Positions 26,405 to 40,729 of a DNA stretch of 64,000 bases are shown here, piece after piece. This stretch comes from Lama glama (taxonomy: Eukaryota). The DNA is taken from the NCBI GenBank assembly GCA_028534125.1, contig CM052817.1, positions 20,028,001-20,092,000 of the forward strand. The letters are read 5' to 3'. The notes beneath the pieces are model-generated. The model searched no databases and was not told the DNA's origin. It was given only the letters and a program-made list of their open reading frames with translations. The first letter of the stretch is position 1, and each line of letters opens with the position of its first letter. The position numbers and the translations under genes are program-made.

Positions 26405-28180
26405 ATGAGGAATTAAATAAATAGAGAGTGAATGGTAAGAATCAGGTCATTGTCAGCTAAAAAAGTTCAGATAAATAAGAAATAAAGAATGGAATATATG
26501 CTATGGAACTGGACTAAAGCCTGAGACATCAGTATGAACTCATGATTATGTATATATGTGTATATATACACACATATATATAAACACATAATATCACACA
26601 CATAGAAACAGTTACAGCTATCTGAGTACACACTGGTTAGTATAGGTATATTCTCTAGTTCTGTCTGTTGAGAGGGCCTAGAAACAAGGATACCTCAGCA
26701 GAAAGGATTACACTCAGCACTCAGATTTTAGTTCCAAACAATATTCTCTAATAAAAAAATAATATTCTTTGGATTAATAACTGACTTTAGAGTTCACACA
26801 GGGAAAACGCAAACTAAGCCTGGAGCATCCTGTAATACCATTAAGAATGTTCTAAAAAATATTAGTAAGACATGTCAACGGGACATAGGGGTCAAACTAA
26901 AAAATACTCCCAAAGACCAAATTTTGCACAATTTGAGCAACAATATAAACATAATTGTGGATTATAATCCTACATAAAAATAGTACTATGTAAGTCCATA
27001 ATGATATAAACAAATGATCAAGTAAACCAGTAGATGTGGAAGACATAAATGTTCTTACAGAAGATTTCCAAAAATATAAATATATATATATAGTCCTTCT
27101 AAGAATTAGGGCTTAGATCCCCACTACAACCCCATACCCATGACAGGGCACTAGACTTAGTGACTAGCTTTCAAAATACAGAATAGGAAAAGGGAAAAAT
27201 AGTAATCCTATGGTGGAGAAACCTGGCAATTACTGCCCTAAACGTAAGTGATGCAGGTGAACGTTGTCATCTTCCTCCTGATATGATGTGATGACAAGGA
27301 CACTAGTCTGTGGTACTCTTTTCAAAACTTCATAACCTGATTCTAATTATGAGGAAATAAATAAATATATGTACAGACAGAGAGAGAGAGAGAGGGAGGG
27401 AGGGAGAGAGACAGACAGGCAGGCAGTCAGGCAGACCCAGCTTGGGAGTACTTTCCTAGAGACTACCTCACTAGGACTCCTCAAGATTGTCAAAGTGATG
27501 AACAACAAGGAAAGACTGAAAAACTATCCCAGACCAGCAGGGTCAGGGAAGAGAGGAGGACTAAATAAAATATAGTGCTGATACTCCAGCCTGAATATTT
27601 GTGTCCTGCCGAAATGCACATGTTGAAACCTAACTCTCAAGGTGACGGTGGTGGGGCCTTTGGGAGGTGATCAGGTCATGAGGGCAGAGCTCTCATGAAT
27701 GAGATTAGTGCCCATAGAAAGTCACCCCAGAGAGAGAGATGGCCCCCTTTCACCACGTTGGGGCACAACCAGAAGACAGCCATCTATGAACCAGGAAACA
27801 GACCCTCACCAGACACCAGATTTGCTGGCACTTGGATCTCAGACTCTCCGTCCTCTAAAACTGGGAGAAATGAAAGTTGGTTAATCTCCCCCAGTCTATG
27901 GTATTTTTGTTACAACAGCCCAAACAGACTAAAACACCTAGACTATATCAAGGGACAGAAAAAGACCATTAACAGAAAAAGTGATGCAATCCACTGGAGT
28001 TTAGTTCACACTAATACATCAATGTCAGTTTCTTAGTTTTGACAAATATACCAGAGTAAAATAAGATGTTAACAATGGGAGAAACTAGGTAGGAGCTTTA
28101 CAAAAACTCTTTGTGTTTTTGCAGTTTTCCTGCTAATCCAAAAATTATTTCAAAATAAGAAGTTTAAATATAAATAAATA
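26405..28180 (+). mobile_element. L1MC-type 3' UTR, split by an MLT1A LTR
   Basis: gagagggcctagaaacaag, aagcctggagcatc, ggagaaacctggca; resumes at 27937 with ggacagaaaaagaccatt and ends aaaattatttcaaaataag plus A-rich tail. Confidence 0.85.
27579..27936 (+). mobile_element. MaLR solo LTR MLT1A0
   Basis: ggggcctttgggaggtgatcaggtcatgagggcagagc...gccatctatgaaccaggaa...cagtctatggtatttttgttacaacagcccaaacagactaaaaca. Confidence 0.93.
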
Positions 28181-28989
28181 AAAGGCAGCCTCTTCCCTGT
28201 CAAGGCCGGCAGGACACCACCCCCCAGCCAAGGTCATGCCTTTCCTCAGCTACTGAGTGTCCACAGAGAGGTCTTCAAACACTACAAGTTAATTATATTT
28301 TAACAGATATTGGCTCTGAAAATGTTACTTGGGTTTTTCTCTTCTCAAGTGAGCCAGAAAACACTTCAAAAATGATTTGTGTTAGCTTGTTTTTTTTTTT
28401 TCATCTGTTTAGAATAACTGCCACAAAAAAGAAATAATTTCAAAAAATAAATGAAAGCAAGCAAAAAACTATTAAAGGACAGAGAGAATATTATATTTGA
28501 CAAGTCGACACTAAACATCTTATTTTTGTGTAAATCGCAGCAGATGTCAGCAATAAACATTATTAGAGAGTGGGAAGAATTAGTTTTTAGCATGAAAAAT
28601 ATTCAAACTTACTTCTTCCTTGGTGTCTTTTAAGATGCAGTTATTTTTGGAATGTTTTTAACAACAACAGGGCCATAACTACACAGCATGACTATGTGCA
28701 AGTCCCTTCTGACTTGTTTCTAACGGATTTTTTTCTTCCTTTCTTTCTTTTTTTTTTTTCACTGAGACCTACACGACACTGCTCTAATGGTTCAGTAATG
28801 AGCCAGCCGAGAGCCTGTTTAACTGCACAGAATAGTGATTTCCAGAGGCTAATCCTGATTGGTCAGAAGCAGGAGAGACAGACTACACTGTCAAGTTTTT
28901 TGCATCCTTTTATTAAGCTCTTCCTGAGCATGAAGTATCCACAAATTCTTTCTGCTTTAGAGTTCTGCATGGCTGTAGACTCATTATGA

Positions 28990-29385
28990 CCAAAACCTAC
29001 CCCAAGAACCTACCTTACTTTCTAATTTCCATATACATTTGCAATGCACCCAATTTTCTAAGCGTTAAGAATGGTGATCTCTTGGTTCTTGAATTTATTT
29101 TAGTCCACCCGTGTAATTAGTGGGTAGTCCTTAGTGACTCTGATTTGGAGTTATTTCTTCATATTTCATTTTCCATAACCATGCCTGATGCTACAGTGAT
29201 TGTCCTGGGGATCTCACGCCCGGACAGTTCATTTCACAAGCCCTGAATCTCTCTATCTCGGACTCTCACTTTTCTCTCCCTATCATATTCTGATAAAACT
29301 GTGTTTAACTCTCTCTTGTAATCGCCCCAGGAAAAACCTTTTTCTCAAGGAAGGCTAGTGGCCAGCACAGTGCTCATCATTCATT
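28990..29385 (+). mobile_element. L2 fragments
   Basis: ctacagtgattgtcctg, gcacagtgctcatcattcatt; decayed. Confidence 0.4.
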
Positions 29386-29989
29386 AAAATTAGAATTTTT
29401 GTTTCCTTTGACTTTTTGGTAAAATAAAATGCAGCATTAAAAATAGAAACCAATAAACCAAAAATCTAATCTTTAGAAAAAACATATTTTTTTTCATGCT
29501 ATTATTCCCTCCTTAGCCTGTACATGTCCTTCTGTTTGTTAGAGGTGTGTTCCTAGAATCCTTTGTTAGACCTTTCCCAAGACTGTTCCAGAATCATGTA
29601 ATATGTCATTTTCAGATCATGTATATTATCTTTATGCCTTTTTCAGTTTATATTGTTACGTTTTATTTTGTCTCTTCAACGAAGAGAAGGCTTTGCAGAT
29701 CTATAATGTCCCAACTCATCACCAAACATAGTTCAGTGGATGTAGGAAAGAAAAGAAATTTTAATTGTTTGAAACTCAGCTATTACATATTTCATGTCCT
29801 TGACTTTTAGAGCATGACCTCCTCATATTAGAAATATGCTGATGTGGCTGTGTCTTTCAGATCTATATCTATACCTATTTCTAGATCTATATCTATCTAT
29901 TCATTTTATAATGTGTACAAATATAACACATAATTAGAAAACTAGAAATGTTTACAGTTACCCACAATTTTACTATCCAGAGATCCTTT

Positions 29990-30312
29990 ATGGAACCTGA
30001 AGAATCTGTCCCATGCTTCTCTCCTTGAATCTGCCCAGCTTTGCTGGCAAGCTTTGGTGTTCTTTGGTTTGTTATCCATCTCCCTAGTCTCTGCCTGTAT
30101 CTTCTCATGGTGTCCTCCCTGTGCACATGTCTATGTCTGAATTTTCCATTTTTTATAAGGACACCACTTATATTGGATTAGGATCTACCACACTAATGAC
30201 CTCATCTTAACTTGGTAATCTATAAAGACCTTATTTCCAAATAACATCATTCACAGGTACTGGGGTTTAGGAAAACAACATCTTTTGGGGTGACAAAATT
30301 CAACCCATAACA
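29990..30312 (-). mobile_element. MaLR LTR MLT1B/MLT1C, 3'-truncated
   Basis: ttataaggacaccacttatattggattagg...aatgacctcatcttaact...gaccttatttccaaataa...aattcaacccataaca. Confidence 0.9.
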
Positions 30313-30974
30313 GGTATCTTATCCTGAATAAGTGTCTCATTGGTAACTCACAAGTGAAGACCAGTCTTCACTGAAGTCCCAAGCAGAGCTGATTATTGTG
30401 ATGTTAGCAAGGCATCGGGGATTTCTTAAGGGCCACCAAACAGAAGAATTCCATGATTCTGTTTGTAAGAGATAGAACTCAGCTCATGTCTTAAACCCAC
30501 ACTGTCAACAGATCCACATGAAAGTGTTGTTTCTTAAGTGGACACTGAATTATAGTTTAGGGTCAAAATCTCTCCCATCCTTTCCTATCTTTAATCCACT
30601 CAGGCACAGAAAAGGCATTCACAATAAGAACAAAAATTATACGCAGAGTAAGGACTGGTAATTAAGAAGAATTGGATCTTAAAGACTCCCCTCAATAGTC
30701 AGACTTGTTTGTGAGTAACCATGGTGATATGAAAAAAGGAAGTATTGCCTTAGATAATTTCAGTTTCCATGTACTTTATGTACTTCAATCTTCCCCTGCC
30801 AAATAGCTGGTTGGCTTCATCTACAACTGGGACTTGGCTGAAAAGTTTTTATCCACAATCACCCAAAGGATAATATAATTTCAGAATTGTAATCAGAGTT
30901 CATGAGACTCAATTTATTTCTACTGGATAGTGACTAAGGGCCAGGGACCAACTGAACATGATACTTAGAATCAG

Positions 30975-31410
30975 AAATTGAAATGCTGGAAGTGACAAGG
31001 TCCCAGGGACTCGTCAGCCACTTTACTTCAGAGATGAGAATCCTGCAATCAAGAGGCCAGCAGTGACTGGGCTGCTCAGCCAGGGCTCTTGACTCCCAGT
31101 CCAATCTTCCTTCCAAAGGGATGTTTAAATGTAGGTTCCTGGCATCCTCTTTCACCTCTCTAATAATCCTTCATCTCTAAGATCTTAGGAGACATTCTGA
31201 CAAAGAGATCAGATGCTCCAGAATGTTAGGGCTCCATTGAGTCTTGTAGATCAACTAGTAACTAGATCCGACTCTAGTCCAAACACTTCCCTTTACAGGG
31301 AGGAAAACTGGAGACCAGAGAGAGAAGCTGATTGGGTTCCTACCATTAGTCAGAGACATACCTGGTACTGGAACCAAGTTTCCTGGTAGAATTGAATGCT
31401 CTCATTCCTT
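30975..31410 (-). mobile_element. Two MIR3-like fragments
   Basis: ctcttgactcccagtcca; tctagtccaaacacttccctttacagggaggaaaactggagaccagagag. Confidence 0.65.
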
Positions 31411-31454
31411 CCTTCTTTGGATTGAATAACTCTTATGATTCAATTCAATTCAAG

Positions 31455-32180
31455 TCTCCTTTGTTAGCTTATTAGCTATAATTTTATTTTGTTTTGTTAT
31501 TTAGTCATTTCTTCAAGGTTTATAGCATACATCTTTAACTTACCACAGTTTATGTTCAAGTCATGTTATATGACCCTCACATGTATATTATAAAAACCTT
31601 ACTTTTCTCTCCTCCTAGCCTTTATCCTATTATTACCATACATTTTACTTAAGCACATGTTATAAACCCCTAAATGCATTTCATTTTCTTTTGAACAGTC
31701 AATTATATTTTAAAGAGATTAATTAATATTTACACATTTACCCATGGATTTACCAAGTCCTGTGTTCTTCATCCCTTTGTGTAGATCCATATTACCATCT
31801 GCTATCATTTTTCTTTGGTGACACTTTTTTTCAGCTTTCATAGGCCTGAAAAAGTCTCTATTTCACTTACATTTTTTGAAGGATATTTTTGCTGGGTATA
31901 GAATTCTAGACTGATAAACTATGGCTGTCTTGATTTTCCCAGCCTTCTAGGTTGGTCTCTTCAATTTAAGGAATCTGCTGAGCTGCAGCCTGCCAACTAG
32001 ACAATAAGCTGGGGCAATCACAGAGCTCATCTCCTTAGTTTCACATTTTTCAGGGATTGTCTTTCTTCATTACCTGATGTACAGTGTCTTAAAAACTCTT
32101 GTTTCATATAATTTGCTTTTTTTTTTTGGTTGTTTCAGGTAGGAAGGTAAATTTGATGTTAGACACTTCATCTTGGCTCA
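31455..32180 (-). mobile_element. L1MC/L1MD 5' UTR joined to ORF1 end (internally deleted)
   Basis: tttttgaaggatatttttgctgggtatagaattctag; aagctggggcaatcacagagctca; catcttggctcag 5' terminus. Confidence 0.8.
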
Positions 32181-33074
32181 GTAATCAGACACTGAGTTTT
32201 ATATTTTATTCTTGGAAAGACTGTCTCATTTTATACATTTTTTTTCAGATTGCCTTTACTTCTTTTGCATTTAACAATTTGATATATCTGAAATCTGTTT
32301 TGTTGCGTTGTAAGAAATAAATATGTGACTGTATCCTTTTTCAAATATTTAATCAATTTTCTTTAAATTATTTATTAAATTATGTCTTTTTTATCCAATG
32401 TTTGGTCTTTATCATATTTCAAATATATAATTTGAAGTAAGCCTCTGATGGGCAAATACTATGATTTCTTGTTCAAATAACATCATTTCATTACTATAAC
32501 AGCTAATAGGAAAACAAGTTGAATGTTAATCTACTTTTCCCACATATTTTGGGTTAGTTTTACCTACTTTCACTTCCAAATATATTTGGGGGATTATTTT
32601 GTCAATGTCTTATGTTTATTAATTAATTGCAAAACATAAAATCCTTAACAACATTTAATGTTCTCATGGAATACTATCCCTTAATGTCATCAAGTTTTCC
32701 ATTATGGGCTCTTTAGGCAAATTGTTTTTTAGTGTTTATCATACAAGTCCTAAGTTATCTTGGAATCTCAAAAACTCTTAATTTTTATGTTACTCTATTG
32801 CTTGTTTCTTCTATCACAGCTCTTCATCATGGTCAATGATGTTCTCAGTCATGATCCTACTTCAGTATTACTGCTGCTACTGCTGTTACTACAAACACTA
32901 TTACCGTGTCCAGTATTTTATCTCAAAAGTCAGTTATTCATCTATTTCAGGTGAACAGAATTCAAAATTTCCCCACATAGTCAAATTTTATAGAAGCATA
33001 CTTATGAGTGAAGTTGTAGATTTGAAAGCATTTTAGAAAGATACTAAGAGCTAATGTAGATTGTGAACTCTTTG

Positions 33075-33270
33075 CTGGGAGCTATGATTTCATCATCCTA
33101 TTTAATCTTCATAACATATTACACAACAGGGTTATTCCTATCACCAGTTAACAGGAAGGAACTTAGGTTGGTAACATCTACATGTCTCTCATACTATGTC
33201 ATTGGTGGAGCCAGAACTTGAACCCTATCAGCCAGGCTGCAGACTCATTCACTGCATCACAGCATTGCTC
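33075..33270 (-). mobile_element. MIR
   Basis: atttaatcttcataac...ggtggagccagaacttgaaccc. Confidence 0.75.
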
Positions 33271-35751
33271 TTGACAGTTAAATGGATTCAGTCTATTTTC
33301 ACAAAGAGCAAGTTCAGATAGGAGCATCTTGGTTCTTAGGTAGCAATTCGTGTTCCATAAGCTCTGTCTTAGTTCCTAGCATTGTCCTTGCTGCAGAGAA
33401 GAGATTTCTGAAGAGTGATTATATGTTTATTAGGCCACTAAGTTATGAACTAGGTAGAAATAATTATTTTATTTTCTATATTTAAACATTGCTAATATTA
33501 AGTGACAAGTTTTAGTACAAATGTCTGTATGATTTCTCAATTTTATATTCCTGAAAATTCCTTACAGAAATCATTGTTGTGGTTTGTTTATTTTGGTGCA
33601 ATCAACAACATAGATGGACAACTCTGTTTCTCAAAAAAACTACTTAATATTATATTAAATATTTTGGACACAGGAAAATTTATTAGTAGAGATATCTTAC
33701 ATAAATTTTGGAAAGAGTTCAGGATTTTTGTGAATAAACATTTATAAAGGTTGCCAAAACAATGACAGCAACAAAAATAGAAGTACATCTTTTTTGTAAC
33801 ATATTAACAATAGGAGAATAACCACATAAAGAAAACAAAAATATTTGCTTCCATAGTTAAATTTCATGAAAGTCTTTTTTTTAAAAAAATCATTGAGTCA
33901 CTGCAGAAAGTAGAAGAAATGGAGAAATAAAGATGACTGGGAACAAAAACCAAACCAAAAAATTATTAACCATATCTAATAAACCCATCTGCAAGGGTGT
34001 TATCAATATTAGTTTAACGTTATTCTATGGAAGAATATTGTTACAATTGGAATTATTTCACAAAAGCAGAAGCTTAGAAATAATAAACACTTTGCTTTTA
34101 CAAATGTATACAGAGGGATCCAAAGCTCAGTCTTTAGGAACTCTCTCTCTGAGTGCATTAAGTTAGGCTTATAATTTCAACTTGAGACAATTTACATGGC
34201 TATCTAACCAGTATACTATTGAAGTGTGTATTTCATTGCTGTTGCCATAATACATTCTAAATTACTTTATGACCCAGGGAAATCTGCATTAAACTCTGTT
34301 TAACAGTAAGTCAAATAGAAATCACTAAGAACTGTTCCTTACCTTGAGGAATTTGAAATTTAATACAATTTTATTTCTTTATACATTTTAATAAATCTAT
34401 CCATTTTTATGATATCTATGTCTATCTAAGCATGTGAAATTGTCCCATCATTTTACATAGTTCAAACCCCATTGCTATTTGAAATTAATAGAAAACTAGA
34501 TCAATTTTACTTTTGCCATTGTTGAATCTCTACTATGTCCATGCCACCAGACACTGAATCTTACATGATCCTAATTTGGAGTATGTCTAACCTAAAAGGT
34601 ATTAATTTTTAGTATTTTGAGAATTAACAAAACTATATTGCATAGATTTTTCTCTCCATAACATCATCTGCATTTCCCTCTTAATAGCATGTAAACAAGA
34701 TAAATGCAAAGATAAGCAAGACTGCATTAACTTATCTTGTATTGAAAGAATCTTAACAATCAAACATTGCTTATATCAGAAAAACTAATTTTCATTCAGA
34801 AAATTTACAGCTTGTCACCTACATATGTTCCTCCCCATTGATTTTGTATAGCTTTCTTTTTGCAAGCAGGTATTTTCAATATGATTTTATTACTCCAATT
34901 CATTAACCTGACAGAAACATTTCAAATTAAAGAATGTTTCAATCAATAGGTTCCAGTCCACTTAAAACCGCTTTGGCCATTCTAACTTAATATTTTATAT
35001 GCTTAGAATAAAAACAAGTGTGATTTCCAAGAAAACCTATATACAAATCCAGTTTCAAAAAGTTGTATACCTAACTCTTCAATAGAAGTACTAAAAACTG
35101 TTCAGACAAAGACAGTGTTGAGTCATGGTCTGGCATTTAGCAACTAAACACCAAAACCTCTTTTGTGAATTTCATGATTCAGTATTCACATTGACTTATT
35201 TTTGCAGCTCAAATCATCCTTATATAAAATTCGTGAATATTTTTGTATAATTCTGATAACTATGTTTATTATGAATATATTCTATGGAGCCAAACCCAGT
35301 ATATATTTTAAAATATATAAAAATAAATTTTTTTGTCTATCATGTCATTTTGTTTGATTGTAATTGGACAAGTATTTAGATTTTTTTTTTAACAACTATG
35401 TTTTATCACCCTATTTTCCTGGGTTGTTCTGTAAGGCCCTTTGCAAGCTTGTGGCTCTGGTACCTTATACTGACTGGAAGGTCTGGAAGGTTTCTCTGTC
35501 AATTCTATGCATATTTGAAACATTATTCATTACTTAACTAATTCTCTGTACTAGACACTGTAAGTACAAATCATTAAAAATACAGTTATTATTAGTAGCT
35601 TAAAATATTTGTAAATAAGCAGGCATTAGTCTACTTTTATGAACCAGTAATAAAACAATTGCCATTATATAAAAATATATCTAGGTAATTATATATTTTT
35701 AAATACTAACTTTGAATAGAGTAAGTTACTTAGAAATATAGATGAGACAGG

Positions 35752-35860
35752 GTTTATGGTCCATCTGGGCTGCTATAACAAATTACCATAGATTTAGTGG
35801 TTTAAACAATAACCATTTACTTCTCACAGTTCTGGAGGATGGGAAGTCCAGGAGAAAGGC
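35752..35860 (-). mobile_element. MLT1A-like LTR 3'-end fragment
   Basis: gggctgctataacaaattaccataga...ttctcacagttctggaggatgggaagtcca. Confidence 0.85.
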
Positions 35861-36999
35861 AAATATAAAATTTTAAATAATGATAATACTAGTAATAATG
35901 TGATAAAACACACCAAGTGAATAAGTATAGAATATCAGTGAACTTGTTTTTTTAATTACTCTATGCTCATTTGGAATGGGTCTACAAGATAACATAAGAC
36001 TCTACACAGAACGTTCTCTTTCCAAATTTATCCCATACTTCTGTCTGAAGTTAACTCTCACATGGGATATTTGGCTTCCAATGGTGGTCTTGTTTGCCAT
36101 TAAGGGATGATTTTTGTCCTTAAGTTCTGCTTTCAGATCCAACATTGCTAGTCTTTGTCCTGCCACAACTAATTATTTTTCTTTATAATAGGATCTGCCT
36201 GACCTAATCTAAAGGTGAAGAGGTCTGTACAAGTCTGATACAACTTTTACACTATCTTCTGTCAGGTCAAAATATTAGAGTTATTCTAATCTGACTTGAT
36301 CCAATGGTAGACTCTAAATTACACCAGGTAGTAAGAGAATAGCATGCATTTATATGATCTTCCATAAATAATAATTTTCTTAGTTGAGAGTTTTGATGAG
36401 ATTCAGTTTGAGGTTTTGTCCCTCATTGAGAACTCAGAGCATATGTATTTTATTATCCTCATTAATAACATACCTTATCCCATTAAAAAAGAGATGAGCA
36501 AGTTTAATGACTGACATTGTTCTTCTGTAACTTGAAGAAGATTAATGATATTTTTAGTCAAATAGAAAGCCAATATCTTAAAACAAATGTATACAAATTT
36601 TCAAATTGATAAATATTCTGGAATATGGAATTTATCGTGCTATGTTATATCTCTATTCTATTTCTGGAAGCATAAGGCATAGAGGAAAGCATTATTGTCA
36701 CATATATATATAAATATATAAATATAGGTGATTATTATGTATCAATAATGTAACTAAGATTAGTCGCATTAAACATTAAGTTCTCCTGCCACCAGTCATG
36801 ACATATTGTGGGGAACCATTGTTTTTAGACTTTCAGCATACAACAGATGACTATTTTATCTATAGAAAGTCCCTGGTTAACTAAAATATTTAAAATTTTA
36901 CTACTCATATTGGATAAATTTTTGTATCCCCCCTCGGTGCCATTTTAGCTTTGCTTTTCTCTCTGTCTCAAAAGCATTATTTCCCCTTCCTGCCTCTGC

Positions 37000-37076
37000 A
37001 TGTATGTGTGTGGGTGTGCGTGTGCATGTATGTGTGTGTGTGTGCGCACGTGCATGTGTGTGTGTGTATGTGCGTG
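37000..37076. repeat. Compound (TG/CG/CA)n microsatellite
   Basis: Read directly; mostly alternating purine-pyrimidine. Confidence 0.93.
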
Positions 37077-39014
37077 CTTTCCTTTATCAGCAGAAGTCTT
37101 TTTTGTCTCCTGTGAGAACTTCATTCTCAATAGGAACCAAATCTCTAGCTTTTTCCTAATCTCCAAACTATAGTGGCATTCTAATAATTCAAAATTACCA
37201 AGAATTGCTAAAAATTCCATGCAATGAAAATAAATCATTTTCTTAAAATTCCTCTAGAAAAATAACAAATTCTAGGAAAGATGACTGCACATTAATGAGA
37301 TGTTCCTCCATTTTCTCTTCAATCTGCTTATATTTTTCAATCATTCAATTTCAAATTAATTCTTCTAATTGCATAATAACTACCTGACAGTTGATATAAC
37401 ACATGCATAAAATTCAAAACAATGCCTGGCACTCAATAAATATTTCCTATTTTGCAATCTCTTTATCAGTTTTGAGCTTTATAATTTTTTATGAAATATA
37501 TTAATTATTTAAAACATTTCTTAAAATGTAGTCTCTGTGCTGTGGATTCGGTGAAATATAAAACAAACCTGCTCTTCAAAAGAGCCTAGAGTCACATACT
37601 TACATCTAGAAACCTAAATAAAAACTAAAATAGAAGGCAGCAGCCCTATGTAATACATAATGTAAAATCCATAATGTAAAAACTTAAGAATAATTTGGTC
37701 AAAGTTTTCTAGGAACTTACAGTACAATCAATAACAGTTTCATATAAAAAACTACAATTTTTTCTGGGAAATATTCATGGGACTCTGTTTAAGTATGTAT
37801 TTTAGAAAAGTACTATCAAGCACACCGGGAATTCTTCAGCTTATCCAAAAGAACTTCCAAATGCTTTAGTGTCTACCAATCCTGGGAGCCCCGATGTGGG
37901 TAGAGAGACACGTGCCTTTCTGAACATTGAAACCAAATTTTTAAATCAAGACTTGTGTTTTGTTTCCCCTGTCTTACACAATACGTACTACTGTTATTTA
38001 GTAATACATGAATAATAATGAAGCCACGTTACACCTGCAAATTGTTTCATTTCCTTAGCTGTATCTTTCACAAAATATTCTATCTGTTTTTCCATTGATA
38101 TCTGAGGATTTATGTACCTTATTCCACTGTGCATTGATTGGAGAATAAATTCCTGCAATATATTTCTTTTCCATGACTTTGTTATATATCTATAATTCAG
38201 ACCAAATGTTACTGTCGTATTTTTAGTGCTTTTACCACACAAGCTACAGATAATCCAATCAGACCAACCAACATAATTCATTTCTTGCTCGGCTCAAAAT
38301 ACATATGCTTGAAAAATGTTTCTGAAAACTTAACAATAGTTACCAGGTGCCTTCAGTTTTTGAAGACAGTTTTTCTTGCTGAGTTTTATAGAATAAAAAC
38401 AAGAGCAAATCCTGAAAGGAGAGTCGTTATTACCACTTATGTTCATAACCCCCAATCTGACACAACAAAAGAAAATACAATTGTTAATGTAAATACGTTG
38501 TTAGAATCTCTCTAATAAAGAATGTCAGTGTAGAGTTAAGCATCCAAAAGTTTATATGATATCCATTCTATGCTTTTTCTCTGTATGGTATTCATCTGTA
38601 CTCCTTCAGTTCACAGCATAGCATCTGGTGGAATGTTGTTTTGAAATATTGTATTAACTTAATTTGATCAACTAACACACCGATGACTGTTAATACATGT
38701 TGTTCCTACCTTAAAATACAGGCGACATTCATTCCATATAATAATAATAATCATTCAACTCAAACATTTTTTTAGAAAAAGCAAGCAATACTCCAAGTAA
38801 AAATTAAAGAAATCATTTCGTTCCAACAGTAATATGATCAATCAGAAAGCAGTTATGTTACATTGAGTCCAATTGTTTATTACATAGAATTAGGATGCAG
38901 AATTATCCTGGAGATGCAATAGGAACCTATGAATGTCCCAGCCACTTCAAAAATCACCTTAAAGACTACTTGGAGTATAGTAGGTACAAAACTAATTAAC
39001 TTCGGATTTGTTTG

Positions 39015-39132
39015 TTACATGAAATGGTTGCAAGTTTGAGCATTGATATGATCATCAAAAAGTGGTCCTTCAAGGAAATGCGTTTCACATAGGTATGCGT
39101 CATGGATGTTTGCAGTCTTGTATATGAAATAC
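39015..39132 (-). other. Candidate terminal coding exon of an unidentified gene
   Basis: Acceptor ttttatatcttctacatttttgttctggggag|; frame gives YFIYKTANIHDAYLCETHFLEGPLFDDHINAQTCNHFM*; AATAAA on minus at 38881-38876; unique sequence retaining CpGs. Confidence 0.35.
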
Positions 39133-39599
39133 CTCCCCAGAACAAAAATGTAGAAGATATAAAAGTAATTTTTAGTAGTAACAAATGTAAAGGATTCAAA
39201 TTAAAATTTTAGATGGATATGAATATGGATCATTATTTTAATTAATTTGAATTGACATGTAGAATCAAAAATTATCAATGTGTTTTGCATTTAGCAGCCA
39301 CAAATTTAGAAAAGGAAGTTACTCTAGTTAAGGCTATTACCGCATCCTTAAGTGACCACTTATGAAATTTTATCATAAAGCCAAAATACTAATGCTTATA
39401 TTTCAAACGTCAAAGTTAGACTGTTTGAAACTGATTTTAATTTAACATAAAATAACATTTTGTCTATGCAGATTATACATGGTAAATTTTTTTTATTTTT
39501 AAATTATTTGTCCATGGTTACTTAAATTTTTACTGAGTGAAAAATTCATGGAAGATACTTTATTATTTACTACTAGTAATATAAAGATGAGTAACTTTT

Positions 39600-40160
39600 A
39601 ATATCTTCCCTCCAGGTGCATATAGTCCAGTTGTCATAATAACCCTATTTTTATAACACAAATAAAAATTTTGGAAAGTGGTTTCAAAAGCACCCAGATT
39701 CTATCAAAATTCAAAGAAAGAAAATTCACTTCCATCATCTTGAAGGAAGGTGACATTTAAGTCAGGTTTCGAAGACAAATAAAATTCAGCACAATGAGAA
39801 GGGCTGAGAGAGGGTATTAAAATATGGAGGAGGGAAGCCACATGGTGTGTTCTAGGAATGATGAGCAAGTCAGATTGGCTGCATCATTTAACATATATTG
39901 AGAAACAGTGTGAGAAAAGTTTGGAATATATAGCTCATGCAAATATTCAAATAATCAGATCAAACTTTAAAACAGGATGGCCATAATAGGTAGCTGTCAG
40001 TTTCTGAGCAGGAAAACTTGATGAAAATTTCTTTGATTTAGGGCTGTTAACTTGACAAATATGTGTAGAATGACTTGGAAGACAAATTTACTAGAAGTAT
40101 TTAAAAGAGTTAATGGAAGGGCTATGAGATTGAGGTGTGGGCTAGGGAGAGTCTAAAGTA
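39600..40160 (-). mobile_element. L2 fragment
   Basis: ggaaggtgacatttaagtcagg, catggtgtgttctaggaa, tttctgagcagg. Confidence 0.7.
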
Positions 40161-40729
40161 ATGTCCTGGGAAACAGAAACACTAAGGACTTAAACTAAAG
40201 TGGCACGTGGAAATGAAGACCTGTTGTCCACACGATCTTTGTGTTCACCTTCCGTAGCTTAAAGCTATTGCTAAGAAACAGGATCCAGCCTGGGATTGTA
40301 GTTTTTAACCCCACTGCAGCAAGGCATAGCTGAGCTCTGAAGACAATTTAAGGCATGTAAGGACACAAGCTTGTGCAATTGTTAGAAGTGAATGAGAAGC
40401 AAATTTATCTCCATCAATTTTTGTCCCCCAGTACTAACTGAAAGCAAAAAGATTTTGAAGTCCTAGAGATGCCAAAAATTAAAGATAGGAGCCCAGTTTC
40501 CTAAATTACCATGAGCAACAAGGCCCCTTGAAAATCTGAAAAAGGAGTGAAGTGTTAAGTTTTTGAGGATCCAAGGTTTGGGGTTTTAATAATTAGAACT
40601 AGCCTTACCCTCTTGACTAAAGTTACTACAAACACACACACACAAAAACCTAAATATGTTTAATTTTAAGGTTTTAAAATTATTTATTAGTCATGATTAT
40701 TTATGTATTCAAACAATATGCAAGAAATA

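Noticed and set aside
29990..35860. Two MLT1 pieces as the LTRs of one provirus or one split LTR
   Set aside because: They look like different subfamilies, their order does not fit a simple split, and the intervening DNA holds MIR/L1 rather than MaLR internal sequence.
36945..37238. ORF with a His/Thr-rich tract
   Set aside because: It is the translation of a (TG)n microsatellite.
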